64,000 nucleotides of DNA from Octopus vulgaris (GCA_951406725.2 OX597821.1:5394001-5458000); one strand, 5' to 3'; shown: positions 1-13,951, counted from the stretch's first letter. Numbers and translations: made by a program. The notes: generated by a model not told the origin, from the letters alone.

Positions 1-27
1 AATAAGAACGTCTTTCTTGCCACTTTT

Positions 28-76
<49 letters not shown>

Positions 77-79
<3 letters not shown>

Positions 80-220
80 GACGGTCGTCTTTCAGTTTTC
101 GTTTACTAAATCCACCGGCAAGGCTTTGATCGGCCCGAGGCTATAGTAGCTGACACTTGCCCAAGTTGCCACGCAGTGGGACTGAACCCAGAACCATATG
201 GTTGGGAAGTAAGCTTCTTT
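77..220 (-). mobile_element. SINE family A, 5' part (tRNA-derived head truncated)
   Basis: Reverse complement matches the 5' half of the copy at 16623-17048 (ggttcagtcccactgcgtggcaacttgggcaagtgtc...ctatagcctcgggccga). Confidence 0.85.
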
Positions 221-1065
221 ATTTTATGGACAGCACAAGGAGGGGACAAAAATAAGAAAACGGATGGAATTAATGAAATTGTACAATGAAAGATGAAATG
301 AAGATGCCCGGCCCCACCTCCAAAGGACTTCATTGAACCCTTTGCAACACCATTTACATTAATCTTTTGCAACAACTACTTTATACAGCCCCTTTTTTGT
401 TTTAAATTATATTAATTTATAATACTAATAATCCTGCCTTAGAAACAGCTATTTTTTTAGACATAATATTTAACTTATTTTTTTTTAGATATCAACAGGG
501 CTTACCAGTTCTGCCACTGTTCTGGTATCTGTCCTCTTGGTCCACCACTCATAATCGTAGTCTTCCTCGTAATCCGATAGTTTTACAAGGCATCCCAGGT
601 CTGCCATCACACCTTAATAATTCCATTCCACGAGCTTATCTCGTTATCAAGATTTTCAGTTTCTCCGTCGTATATTACATATATTTCATTATCGGTCAAG
701 GGTGGGAAAATTTTGGGCTCCTGTATGTTGCAATTGTATTTTTTTTTCAGACTGGGTATGGGGAGGATTGGTGTCTGTAGGAGTGGTTGGGGTAGAGTGG
801 GTGAGGCTTCGGGTCATTTTTTACCCATGTGTTTTACTCCTCTTGCTGCTCTTTTTCTCCACCATTTCTCAGCTGTCATTTGATTGTTCCTCCTCAACGC
901 TGGAATGTCTTCCTCTGTGGTGCCACATCTCTTTCTTCTTCCTCCAAGGTCAGTGGAGCATCAACCACTTTTCATTCTGTATCTCTTTATTCTTTTCATG
1001 TAGTGGAGAACACTCTGCTCTAATGTGGCCTTTCAGGCCACAGCCAAATTTATAGCATCGTGGAA
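221..1065 (-). mobile_element. Decayed retroelement ORF1/Gag-like remnant with CCHC zinc knuckle and AATAAA-ending 3' region
   Basis: Minus strand 1057-1010 translates as CYKFGCGLKGHIRAEC (CX2CX4HX4C with a 2-aa insertion). Lys/Glu-rich and Pro/Thr-rich broken frames follow, and the segment ends in ...cataaaataaa at about 221. Confidence 0.55.
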
Positions 1066-1069
1066 TCCT

Positions 1070-1257
1070 CAGCAATTTCGGAGCAGGTTGTAAGTCGATT
1101 ACATCAACGCTAATGTTAAAGTGGTACTTATTTCATCTACCCCGGAGAATGAAAGGAAAAGCCAACATCGGTGGAATTTGAACTCAGAACGTAAATGTGA
1201 ATGAAATGCCGATAAGCATGTGACCTGGCTTGCTTACAAATCTGCCAGGACACCGCC

Positions 1258-1260
<3 letters not shown>
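1070..1260 (-). mobile_element. SINE family B (tRNA-derived)
   Basis: Minus strand reads aaggcggtg...ggcaga head and gagttcaaattcc B box; matches the copy at 57830-58048. Confidence 0.8.
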
Positions 1261-1331
<71 letters not shown>

Positions 1332-1398
1332 AAGAAGAAGAAGAAGAAGAAGAAGAAGAAGAAGAAGAAGAAGAAGAAGAAGAAGAAGAAGAAGAAGA
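1258..1398. repeat. Compound microsatellite (AAT)n(AAG)n
   Basis: Directly visible. Confidence 0.98.
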
Positions 1399-2933
1399 AT
1401 CTGATAATCGCTACCTCATGCGAGTGACAATGAAAAAGATATTGTGAATAGCTGTGGTAATGAAACTGAAGCCTTTGATGTTGACAGTATCGTACCCGGC
1501 TGGCTCAGAGATACTCGTCCGACTCCAGCTTGTCGTTATCCAGCAAGGACCAGCACATACGGCGTAGATGGAACAAACATGGGATACCGACAACGTGTGT
1601 ATGATGAATGGAGAGAAAGAGGATTGTTTCAACTCACGGAACAGAGATTATGTGATCAAGCTATAGCAGTATGAAAAAATCGTTGGTTCACAGAAGTAGG
1701 GCTCGAAGCTATCAAAAGACGGGTATTGGAAAACAGCAGCAGACGAAATGATGAAAATACAGTTCCTACTGATAAAAGCAATCTCATAGTCAAAAACAGA
1801 GGTGATATCTCTAATAAACCACAAGAAAGGAACAGTGACAGCTTGGTCGAAGAGTGATATATAGATGGTTTGGAAGAAGATAAGTAAACTAATGGTGACA
1901 TGACAGATGGGCAAAAGTCAATCTACGACAGAATAAAGGCAAGGCTACAGGAGAATTATAGCGATATTATTTGCAACCTTAAAAAGGTTGATTGGTGGAA
2001 ATTGAACGAAGAAACGAAAAATGTGAATGAAATTCTGAAATACATCAGAGCACAAAACATCACAGAAACGAATAATTTGATCAAGGCAGCAAGTATTGTT
2101 GTAGCAGAAAATGTGAGTGTTGATGTCAAGAAAAATAAATTATAACGGGAGGGACAAAAGAAAAGATCCATGGTGGAAAAGGAGAATACAGGCGGGGTTA
2201 GATATGCTCTCGAAGAACATTTCTGTTAGACCTAAATGAGAAATTGGACTTGAAAACCGAACAAAAATACATGGCTCTGAACAGGAAGAATGATATTAAA
2301 AGAAGAGGCCTGAAAGTGGTAATGAAGGAACTGAGACAGCGCCCGTTGCAAAGAAAGCAAAGATGGTAAGATACGACCAAACTGAATGAAGGGATACCAG
2401 CAGAATATGTTATTCAGAGTAGATCAGAAGAGATTATACAAAGAAATAAATGGAGAGTGTACAGAGGAAAAGTTCATACTAGATAACATTGAAAGTCAAT
2501 GGTTTTGGAGTTACATCTGGAGCAAAGACAAGGAGCACAAGAAGAATGCTGAATGCTTGCAAGGATTGAAAAAAACATTGGTCTGTCCAAAACAGGAAGA
2601 ACTAGCGATTTCAGTAAGGTAAGTGAAGGAAATCAGAAGAAAAATGTGCTACTGGAAAGCCCAGGGAGCTCAAGACTACTGGATCAAAATATTTGGTGAA
2701 TGACGTGAACGAATAGCTGCAGAACTCAACACCTTGTTAAATGCCGACGAAGTAACACCGGAGTGGTTTGCAATGGGTAGGGCAGTGCTGTGCTTGGAAA
2801 ACATCGAAAAAGGCCGTACGGTTGACAATTACAGGATGGTGCTCGAAAAATAATGGGTGTTACCTTAGTACACTGATAATCAACAGCTGACACTGTAGTA
2901 AACCTCCAGCGTTAGAAGCTGTGAAAAAAATAA

Positions 2934-2937
<4 letters not shown>
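1399..2937 (+). mobile_element. R4/Dong-like non-LTR retrotransposon, internally deleted (N-terminal ORF region joined to the last codons and 3' UTR)
   Basis: Broken frames give GYRQRVYDEWRERGLFQLTEQRLCDQA, PWWKRRI, YQQNMLFRVDQKRLYKEING, WKAPG and VDNYR, then run straight into RMVLEK* (stop 2851-2853), a short 3' UTR and an (AAT)n tail. Confidence 0.8.
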
Positions 2938-2972
<35 letters not shown>

Positions 2973-3143
2973 TATGTAAATTATAATAATATTAATTTAA
3001 AGAGGTTCAGAGTTGCGCTGACGAGGTTATAGGGAATTGTTAGGTGAGGAGAACCATAAATTACATTGAATAAAAAGAAGAGAAATGAATTGGGACAGAA
3101 AAAATCCCCAAAAACTACGATAAAATTTTACTGACAGAGTGGC

Positions 3144-3144
<1 letters not shown>

Positions 3145-3210
<66 letters not shown>

Positions 3211-3288
3211 CAGGCAGGCAGGCAGACAGACAGAAAGACAGGCAGGCAGGCAGACAGACATACAGGCAGACAGACAGATAGACAGACG

Positions 3289-3362
<74 letters not shown>

Positions 3363-3395
3363 CAGATAGATAGATAGACAGATAGATAGATAGAC
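3145..3395. repeat. (GATA)n/(GACA)n/(GGCA)n compound tetranucleotide repeat
   Basis: Directly visible. Confidence 0.97.
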
Positions 3396-3895
3396 ATATA
3401 AATATATAGAGACATACAAACGTTCAGATGTATACTCATGCTCATATACATATACATATACACACATGTATACACGAGAGATTTTACACGAGGTTTACAT
3501 GAGTGAGTTTTCTAAACGTGTCTGTCTCTATGACCGTACGCTTACATATTCCTTTGGATAGGAGAAAGCAAATCCACAAGTGAAAAAGGTTTAAATGTCT
3601 GGCGCTGCTTGAAGATTACGAGTAACCAATAATCAATGTAAGCTTTATGATGATTAAATGAATATCTGCATGACTATGGACTTAATAATGAATCATGCTC
3701 TACAACCAACACACGTGTTTAGAGTATATCTAGCAATCAGTATATTGCTAACCATTTTCTGTACCTATAAATAATTCGTTTGCGTGACACACTGACTGGA
3801 TACCATACGCCATTTTGTTAAAAATGGCTTTGAAAAGAAACTTTTAGTCGTTGAATTTTCTGCACATACACACTCAAGCGTACTTAGATGCATGC

Positions 3896-4236
<341 letters not shown>

Positions 4237-4684
4237 AGAGATGGGAGGAGGAAAATTTCGATTATCCCCACGTGGTGTATTGTAATGCAAAAAAATAATA
4301 AAATGAAATAAAAGAAGGAAAACGCACCCACTTTACATAGTTTAATAGATTCTTAAATATATTTGTAAGTGAAAGTGTATTGTGTTTCGCTGATCATGAC
4401 ATTGAAATTATTGTAATTTCGTATTTTCTTAAATAGATTTTACTCCACTAACTTGTATGGAACTCTGTGAATGAATCAACAAGTAGACAAATCTAAGGGG
4501 AGGTAATTAGTGATCGTTACTATTCAGGACAGAGTAGGTAATTGCTCCTTTTGGGGAGACAGGGTAAATAAATGTACAGAAACTCAAAAGCTAAAGTAGA
4601 GAGATGAAATATGCACAGTGAAGGATATGTGATCATGACTCATGACATAAAATATATACTAAGACCCGAACTGGTTATGCGTTC

Positions 4685-5110
4685 ATATTTAGGCGTGTTC
4701 TGTATTTTTTGATAAATAGATTTTTTTACTTAAACGTTTTCTATATGTTCCCTCAAAGGAATCTATCTATACTTTGGGAATGGGTCTATCCCTTATGTAG
4801 TGTGGTTCTCCATCTAAGTGTCATACTTGTCTGCCTTTTATAGTTAATCCCACAACCTGAACAAGTTATAACTTGAATTAGATTCTTTGAAGCACAAGTG
4901 AAGTTGGTTTCAATTATGAACCTCACTCCTTGTTTGAATAGAAATCCTAAGCCTTCCAGTAGTTTAGAGCTTGTTCTACAGTTTGGGCGTCCACATTTTT
5001 TAACAATTGGTTTCGTGATCGTTGTATAAAGCTTCGCATTATTCAGCGATTTGTGTTGCATTTTGCATTTCATTAATTTATGTTTTCATAGTTAGATTTA
5101 GTACAATAGT
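4685..5110 (-). mobile_element. Penelope-like element remnant, GIY-YIG endonuclease region
   Basis: ORF 4786-5073 has KKCGRPNCRT...FTCASKNLIQVITCSGCGINYKRQTSMTLRWRTTLH, a decayed CxSxNxIYxIxCxxC..YxGQT..LxxRxxxH pattern. Downstream broken frames give ..IKKYRTRLN, typical of the Penelope C-terminus. Confidence 0.85.
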
Positions 5111-5405
5111 GTTATGTGTCTCATTGTTTCCAGGGATGTGAGCTTTGGCCCTATTTCATCTATTCTGCAATTCGAAAGAAAGGACAATACGCGACTTCGT
5201 TGAAACAGTCCTTCCTGCAAAGCAAATTAAATAGAATTTGGGATTTTTTGCGGAGGGTGAAAGTGGTAACAAGAAAATAACAGTGAGAACTAAACAGTAA
5301 CAACAAACGGTGATGGGTGTTAAGCCAAGACGATAGATAAAACTTTTATGAACGTTAGGAAGACGAGCTTATGAGACGTGACAGTATAAGCACGTTTTGT
5401 CTTTA

Positions 5406-5507
<102 letters not shown>

Positions 5508-5759
5508 TTTTTGTGTGGCTGTTCGAGTTTAATTTTGACACTCATTTCTAACAATTGTAGGTGCTATTTTGCATCCTCATTTATTAATTCTACCTTTTTG
5601 ATTGTAATTGCTAAGGCCACCTATAATGTATTTGATATATCTTAACATATTAATATGTTATTATATTATATTGTATTTTACTATTTATACACATATATAC
5701 ATATAGGTAAATATATATACATACGCATATATATAACATAGATAAAAAAGATCAATCGA

Positions 5760-5761
5760 TT

Positions 5762-5855
<94 letters not shown>
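5760..5855. repeat. (GATA)n
   Basis: Directly visible. Confidence 0.97.
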
Positions 5856-6464
5856 GATGTGTTGTCACATTTCTACGATTACTTCTAAATCGGTAAACGA
5901 AACCTGGAGTCCGCATTTATGTGGTTTCAGCGTAAGAGAATTATAAACGTCATACTACACTACTTCATTCTGCTCACACCGATGTATGCTGTGTGTGAGT
6001 GTGTATACTTTTATTTCTTTCATATGGTTCAGTCCCAAGTCTGTGCCCTTGCTTGAGCACCACCAATGTCATCACCTTTACAGTGGTCATCCTTACGCGA
6101 TTGGCTTTTGGTGAAGGAGTTTGACATATTTATATCTATCTGTCTATCTATCTATTGATAGATGAGTACATACATACAAGTTTACGTACGTACATGCATG
6201 CATTATGACAGTTAGATATCGTTTATTTATGCAAGGTTGTCAACCGTCAAGACGTATTTTCAATTACAAATACCTCTTGTTGTTTGAGACTTTCGTAGTA
6301 AAACTGAAATTAATAGAATTTAAGAAATTTTACATCAACATAAAATAATGAAATTAAGGGAAATCTACTGCGACCAAGTGATGACTCAGCCTCGCAAGGA
6401 CCAAAAGACTTTACTGTCTGTATTGAGTACACTGTTTACCTTTGTATATCAACACATCTTCTAT

Positions 6465-6666
6465 TACTTTTACTTTTATTTGTTTCAGTAATTTGACTGC
6501 GGCCATGCTGGAGCACCGCATTTAGTAAAATCGAATCGACTCCAGGACTTAATCTTTGTAAGCCGAGTACTTATTATTTCGTTCTTTTGCCGAACCGCTA
6601 AGTTACGGTGACGTAAACACACCAACATCTTTCACAGACATACAAACATATATCTATATCTATCTA

Positions 6667-6714
<48 letters not shown>

Positions 6715-6880
6715 CATATATACGACAGGTGTCTTTCAGTTTCTGTCTACTAAATCCACTCGCAAAACTTTAGTTGGCCCGAGGCTATAGTAGAAGACAT
6801 TTGTCCAAGGTGCCACGCAGGGGGACTGAACCCGTTACCAGGTAAGCAAGCTACTTACCACACACCCACTCCTGCGCCTA
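6465..6880 (-). mobile_element. SINE family A, near full length, with internal (TA)n
   Basis: Reverse complement of the 16623-17048 structure: head, internal microsatellite, 3' gcggtgctccagcatggccgcagtc..actgaaac tail. Confidence 0.9.
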
Positions 6881-7049
6881 TACATTTACTTGTAAACGAA
6901 TGATAGAAGATGGTAGTCAGTACATTTAGTAGAAGTTTCATATATTCTTATTTAAAATTGTTTGAATCGTCTGTACTTTTAGTCGTATGGAGCCGAATCA
7001 ATCTGTTTTAAAATAATGTGCGTGTGTATGCGCGCACGTGTATATACGT

Positions 7050-7124
7050 AAGAAAGAAAGAAGGAAGAAAGAAAGAAAGAAACAAAGAAACAAAGAAAGA
7101 AAGAAACAAAGAAACAAAGAAACA

Positions 7125-7155
<31 letters not shown>
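7050..7155. repeat. (AAAG)n/(AAAC)n compound repeat
   Basis: Directly visible. Confidence 0.95.
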
Positions 7156-7156
<1 letters not shown>

Positions 7157-9217
7157 CGTGGAGTCTACGTTATAAAAGTGTGACTTATTTTCCAACTAGG
7201 TTTAGGGACGATTATCTCAGGAGCTTACAAAATCTACATTTTGGAGCATCATTATCTAAGGCCCACAATCCGAAGATAGTATCTGCCTGCAGGTAATTTG
7301 TTACAATGTGTCTTCAGAACCTAACAAAAAAAAACCTAATTTGTCTTTCTTCAGTACGTTATCTCATTCACAGTCGGTCGTATTGCTTTTACCTGTTTTG
7401 ATTACCAATCTTTCAAGTTCATAATATGTTTACCAAATTATGAAATTCATAATTCACTTAAGGACGATGTCAAATATTGGAAAAGAAAACAATTTATTTC
7501 ACATTTCAAGTATTTTCTGATATCCTATTTAGCTTGTTAAAGATTTGCTTGCGGATATAATATTTCTCGATAAAAAACACAGGAGACATATTTTCTCTCT
7601 TGCCGTTTCTAATAACGATTAAGAGACTATCTGGTAAGTTGCTGGTGTTCTCTCCCAGGCACCGAATATTATGTTCAGTGTTATTGAAATAGCAGACATG
7701 GTTGTTGAGCTGGGTTTTGAAATAGTGTTCTAGCCAATATACATTTGAAAACACCGGCTGTAAATGTCGTGTTATCTTCATACACAATGGCATTTTTCTA
7801 ATATTCGCGAGAGAGAGCTGTTTGAAAAACTTTGGCAGATACTTATCGATGGGAAGTTTGTTCCCTTTGCAACTTTCGCGTCGTTTGTGCCATGACAAAC
7901 TGTTATGGAAGCATAATTTTTAATGCAGAAATAAATGACGTTTATGGAATTGCTGTTAAACGATTTGGAGTATTTATAAATCCGAAGGATTACATTAACT
8001 ATGATATTCGCACTAAAGAATGCAGTGTACGAAATGTTTCTAGAGGTTTGTTGGTTTATTCAAATCAGGAATATATATTGATTCATCAAATGCCCTGTTT
8101 AATGCAACATTGTAGGGTGACACTAGAAGATTGAAATTTTTTTGCACATATTTTGCCTTTATTTTAGGATGTTTAGAATTTATAGTGAAATACAATATAT
8201 TTAGTTTGACAATTAATAGATATTTGCCAGTTGTGCGGTATTGTATAACGTTAAAGGAATTCATAATTCTAAGATGGGTACTAACAATATCCAAACTGAA
8301 TTTCTTAAACGCATCAATCCCCTTTCGTAAATATACCATCTTTGTTGTGCATCGTAAACCGGGAGATTTCCAAGCTGTTGTTGTCATACAGACATGAATC
8401 GACGGAGTTTCAGACGATGGGGGTCAATATAACTTAAATCTAAGTGACATCATAACTAAGCATACAAAGGCCAACCAGGTCCTCGCCGTCCTTTTTAACC
8501 AAAGACTATGCATAGAAAAAGGAAAAGAATCCCTAACTCACTGCGCTGCTATTTTTAATATGGTTTATGGTAATAACTGAAGTTTAAGACAAGATATTCA
8601 GTTATAAAAGTTTCCGTAAATTTCAACATCATCAAACTGAGAGAATCTGTAGTATGTAGTTTCAATTTTCCCACTGTAAATAGCTGAATAACAATGATGC
8701 TATGGGTCCAATCATATTTTCAGGGTAACTGATTTTCATGTTAATGGAATTCTGGGTTCGTTTTCTTCCAAGAAATAGTTTCCTTTCACCACATTCCCAA
8801 TCAGTTAATAACTTTTCTTCATGATCCCTCAAGGTTATATAGGAAATGCACGTTACTAAATGGTTAAATCACACTATTTTAGTATGGTCTTTAGAGATTT
8901 CGTGAGGTGGCTTTTAAGACGTTTTTATAGTAATGGAAATAAGTTTAGAGTAAGATTGTCTCTTCGGCGTAAATTCAGTGTGCCGGCAAATATATTGTTA
9001 CAAACGTTGTATTAAAGAGATTTGACAGCAAAATCTTGAAGATTAGCTTCAAATACAAACTTCATTTCACGCATTTGGATCACACGCCCGTATGAGCGTG
9101 GGGAATGAATAAAGCATATGTATATTTATACATAAAATACAAGTACACAGACACCTGTACACATACACACAAACACACGAGTATATATGGATATATATAT
9201 GTAATATATATATACGT

Positions 9218-9263
<46 letters not shown>

Positions 9264-9290
9264 TTGTATATATATGCAGACACAAACACA

Positions 9291-9373
<83 letters not shown>

Positions 9374-9439
9374 GGTCCCGGGTTGATTCGGGGTTAACCA
9401 CAGTAAATAAGGTACTCAATACATAGCAGAGTAAATTTA

Positions 9440-9508
9440 ATTTATTATATAGAAGGAGCTTCCAAATACAAATCCTGAGGATTTGTATTTGGAAGCTCCT
9501 TCTATATA

Positions 9509-9514
<6 letters not shown>
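9440..9514. repeat. Perfect inverted repeat, 37-bp arms, 1-nt spacer
   Basis: atttattatatagaaggagcttccaaatacaaatcct-g-aggatttgtatttggaagctccttctatataataaat, centred on 9477. Confidence 0.95.
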
Positions 9515-9559
<45 letters not shown>

Positions 9560-9759
9560 ACTGACATAGAGTACTAGAAGGCATCTGAATACTGGAAAAG
9601 AGTTACCTGTAACACGAAGGTTCTAGCTGGGTATTAAATTGCCGAGACCATCACTGTTGATCAATGCTCTGAAAACACAATAACGGCTTAACATGAACAG
9701 CTGCAAGGGAGCTGCGAAGTCGAGGCCAACATGTGTTCTGACTGCGTCCGCACACATGG

Positions 9760-10115
9760 CTTCTTTTGAACCAGACCTGTGTGAAGTTACTGGAGCCCTT
9801 GGTCAAACTCTATTTGATGGAAGGCCACGTGAGGCAGCAGGAATCGGTTCTTTGCCATAACTGTGAAAAGGGTCAGAATTGGTTGCCGGACAATTTCCAT
9901 GACTTCGCCAGTCCAATGTCTACCCGCCTAATTCCCTTGATTTTAATCGTATGGATTACTATGTGTGGGGCGTGTTTGACAACGACACGCACCCCACTAT
10001 CCGAAACACCAAGGACGTGCTACTCGTCAAGATAAAGTGGGTGTTCGAGGATATTCCCAGGGACACAATAAGGAACGCATGCCTTTGATTACGGAGCCGC
10101 GTCTTGAGGCCGTGT
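9760..10115 (+). mobile_element. Tc1/mariner-superfamily transposase remnant (C-terminal catalytic region)
   Basis: Frames give RQQESVLCHN..QNWLPDNFHDF, then YPPNSLDFNRMDYYVWG and ..RNAC..RSR, a decayed QQDSAPxH..W..WPPNSPDLNPxDYxVWG pattern. Confidence 0.85.
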
Positions 10116-10253
10116 TTTCTTTTTAGTTTTTAGATGGATTATTGTATTCATTATCAAAAGAAAAATAGTTGTAGTGAATGAATCGTTATGTATATATATA
10201 TATATATATACATACATACATACATATATATATATATACAATAAAACAGAATT

Positions 10254-10320
10254 TGTGTGTGTATCAGCGCGCGTGTGTGTGTATCAGCGCGCGTGTGTGT
10301 GTATCAGCGCGCGTGCGTGC
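10254..10320. repeat. 20-bp minisatellite, three copies (gtgtgtgtgtatcagcgcgc)
   Basis: Directly visible. Confidence 0.9.
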
Positions 10321-10683
10321 GTATGTTCGCACAATTCTGAGGTCTTTAGCGAAGGGTGGAAAGTCTGCCTGAACAATTTTTATGTCTTACATAGAGCATA
10401 ATGAGAACATGTTTAAAATACTTGGAGTTTTACCATGGAATGAAACTTCGAAGATATACCATCAACTTTATTAGTATTATTTAGTAGATAACCGTTTCAC
10501 GTGAAGTATATTTGTCTGTGATATATTTATTCCACAGCTGTGTCTAACATAGCAGACCCATCGCATCATTTTTTCTTCCTGAACTATTGTAAATGTCTTT
10601 CTTTTGATGAAAGGGTGCGTTTTAAGAGAGATTTGGCCACTATTTGTAGTAGCTCAAATTACCACAGACATACTCCTGTGTGA

Positions 10684-10720
<37 letters not shown>

Positions 10721-11011
10721 TATATTTTGTCAGAAAATTTTGCACAATATTTTTCTTAAATCTGGACGTCTTTCTTACTGCTAACCAGTTAACTTCAATT
10801 GCTAATCGTTGGAAGTCAAGTCGACTAAGATGTATATATAGTGTTATCGTTTCTAGCGGAAGTTGAATACGAAGTTTTGAATTCATTATCTTGTTGTTAG
10901 TAATCCATTACCTTAAATTTGAAGCCATTAAGTCTTTAAACATTATTATACTGAGTTTAGTCTTTCGACTGTGGTCATGGTGGAGTATCACCTTCAAAAA
11001 TTTAATTGATC

Positions 11012-11081
<70 letters not shown>

Positions 11082-11576
11082 ATGCGTGTGTATGTGTGTG
11101 TATGTATATATACCAACTATGACGGACTTTTCCGTATCAGCAATAAGCATACATTAACACAAACACCTCCTCCGTAACTCCGTATGCACGTAGTATGAAA
11201 ATAATGTACAAATACTATATACTGGAAGAAAAAAAGAATATAGATAGGGGGAGATTATCAAAACGGACACAGGACAGACATTGGGAGCAAATCACAAGCA
11301 CATCTATGTACTATATTGATACACTTTCAAATAAATCTGTTTACTTTAATCATTTATATTCTAGGTATATGTGATCATGTAGCATAATAGATGTATGGTG
11401 GGGGTGAACAAATCTCTCGCACGTTTCGGAACCTAAACAAACAGCATAAACGTGCAATATATTTACTCATGTATTGAAACGATTTGTTATGTTTGCACGT
11501 ATTAAACACGTATTAATATACACAAATGCAACTGTCTAAACCGCAGTATGTGTATGTTCGTGAGTATGTCTGTGTG

Positions 11577-11880
11577 TGGAGACACATGGCTGAGTGGTTA
11601 GAGCAGCGGACTTGCGGTTGAGGGATCGCGGGTTCGTATCTCAGACCGGGCGATGTGTGTGTTTATGAGCGAAACACCTAAGCTACACGCGGCTCCGGCA
11701 GAAGGTAATGGCGAACTTCTGCCGACTCTTTCGCGAAAGCTTTCTCTTACTCTTTCCTCTTGCCTCATGCAGCTCACCTGCGACGGATCGGCGTCCCGTC
11801 CAGGTGGGGAATCTATGCACCAAGGAAACCAGGAAACCGGCCCTTTTGAGCCAGGCGTGGCTCGAGAAGGAACAAACAAC
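11577..11880 (+). mobile_element. tRNA-derived SINE, family C (tail type 1)
   Basis: A box TGGCTGAGTGG (11587-11597), B box GGTTCGTATCT (11631-11641), body, and an acaaacaac tail. Head and middle are shared with 34943-35330. Confidence 0.9.
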
Positions 11881-12004
11881 ATGTCTGTGTCTTCAAATAC
11901 GCACACTTACATATTTACATATATAAGTACTAAGTTGTATTTATGCCTACATACATGCATATACACCTACATATATACATACATATACAAACTAAATATG
12001 CACA

Positions 12005-12056
<52 letters not shown>

Positions 12057-13125
12057 CATACTATGTTTGCATGTATGTAAATTTATATACATATATATAT
12101 GTGTGTGTATGAATGTATATACCTATGGCTGGCAGTGAGCATGTTTTAATATGTACACATTCTCGCTTACATACATATGTGCGTACATAAATATATGAAA
12201 ATGAAAATATTTAACTACCTATTTACATATATATCCTTAGTTACATACAGAGATATATTTATGCCTATATGCATTCGTATCTCCATATACATACATATAC
12301 TTATACACATGAATGCAAATATGCAAAAAATATTATATACATATGTATATGTGTGCTTATATATACATATATTACATGTGTGTGTGTATATATGAGAACA
12401 TATACACTGCCAGCCATACATATATACATTTATACACACAACAAACATATTCATCCATACATAAATGTATATAAACTTACATAGATACATACATCTATAA
12501 TCAAGTACATACTACATATATGGTATAGAATTGTCAAGAATTTTAAATCAATGCTTGAATAAGTAGACTATCGGTATTCTATAAAGAGTGAGATGAATGA
12601 TTAATAATGGTACGGATGTAAAAGGCCATGAGGTGACTGTGTCAACATGGCTGTCTTGTGGCAAAAAATTCAAAATGGAAGATATGGTAGAATCATCCAG
12701 AAGGTTACACACAACGCTAATCAAATAATATATTGATTTGATTTGTTTTATTTAGTCTCGTTAATATATTTCTGCTTGTTTTATTATATTTTCTAGATGA
12801 GATGTATGTATTTGTATGTGTAGGTGTTGTGGTGTGTGTATTTGTGCTTGTGTATGTGTGTCACTTGGTGAGGATGAGTGTAAGCCTGTAGATAAAGTTT
12901 TGGCAACGTAAAGAAGAGATTTGCATCTATCGTTGCTGATTTAATTCTCTCTCTTTTTGTGGCTTCCTCCATCTCTTTCTTTCTCCCTCTCTTTGCCTCT
13001 CTTTCTCTCTCTATGCTACTCTCTCTTCATAAATCTATGTACATGTATGTAGGTATATACATACATATTTCTATGTATGTATATATATATATATACAGAA
13101 ATATATATATCCGTATGTACGTATT

Positions 13126-13185
<60 letters not shown>

Positions 13186-13690
13186 TATGTACGTATATAT
13201 ATATATATATATATATATACAGAGAGAGGGGGAGAGACAGAGAGGGAGTTAGAAACAGACGGACAGACAGAGAGAGACATACCCACTCTCACATACACAA
13301 ATATAAATTTGAAAATGCGTATGCATGTATATATGTATGCGCGTCTGCCTGTAGGCACGTATGTATGTATGTATGTATGTATGTATATATGTATGTATAT
13401 ACAGACAGAAAATTCCCAGAGAAAGGAAAATGGTAAGACAATGAACAAAGGTCCCTAATCGTTTAAATTGGTCGCGAAAACATCGTGGCGAATCCTATCT
13501 TAATCGGGAAATACCTGAGATATAAAATGAAACCAAGGAGTACCATGAAGAAAAAAAGGCAGCAAGTACTGACAACAATGTGAAAGCATAACTGAAAGTC
13601 TTTTATAGATTTCCAAAGAAGTCTGCTTTAGTTCGGTACAAGGTAGGGCCACTATTTGAAGAAAATAGCTCACTGACTGCAGTATGCCAA

Positions 13691-13857
13691 GCGTGTTGGT
13701 GTGTTTACGTCCCCGTAACGTAGCGGTTCGGCAAAATAGTCCGATAGAATAAGTACCGGTCTGCAAAGATAATAGGTACTGGGGTCGATTCGTTTGACTG
13801 AAATCATTCTAAGCGGTGCTCCTGCATGACCACGGTATAACAGCTAAAACAAATGAG
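13691..13857 (+). mobile_element. SINE family A, 3' half
   Basis: tttacgtccccgtaacgtagcggttcggc...gcggtgctcctgcatgaccac matches the other A copies. Confidence 0.85.
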
Positions 13858-13904
13858 CATGTGTGTGTATGTAGGTGTGTGCGTGTGTCTCTGTGTTGTT
13901 TATA

Positions 13905-13951
<47 letters not shown>

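Noticed and set aside
7400-8560. Overlapping 90-130 aa ORFs; faint RTE-like (TAWKS..TKM..RKG) and Harbinger-like (SCAVLYN) hints
   Set aside because: Motifs are too weak and mutually inconsistent; needs a profile search.
11577-11660. Possible tRNA genes at SINE heads (also 22348, 24511, 35330)
   Set aside because: No complete acceptor stem, and each continues into a SINE body.
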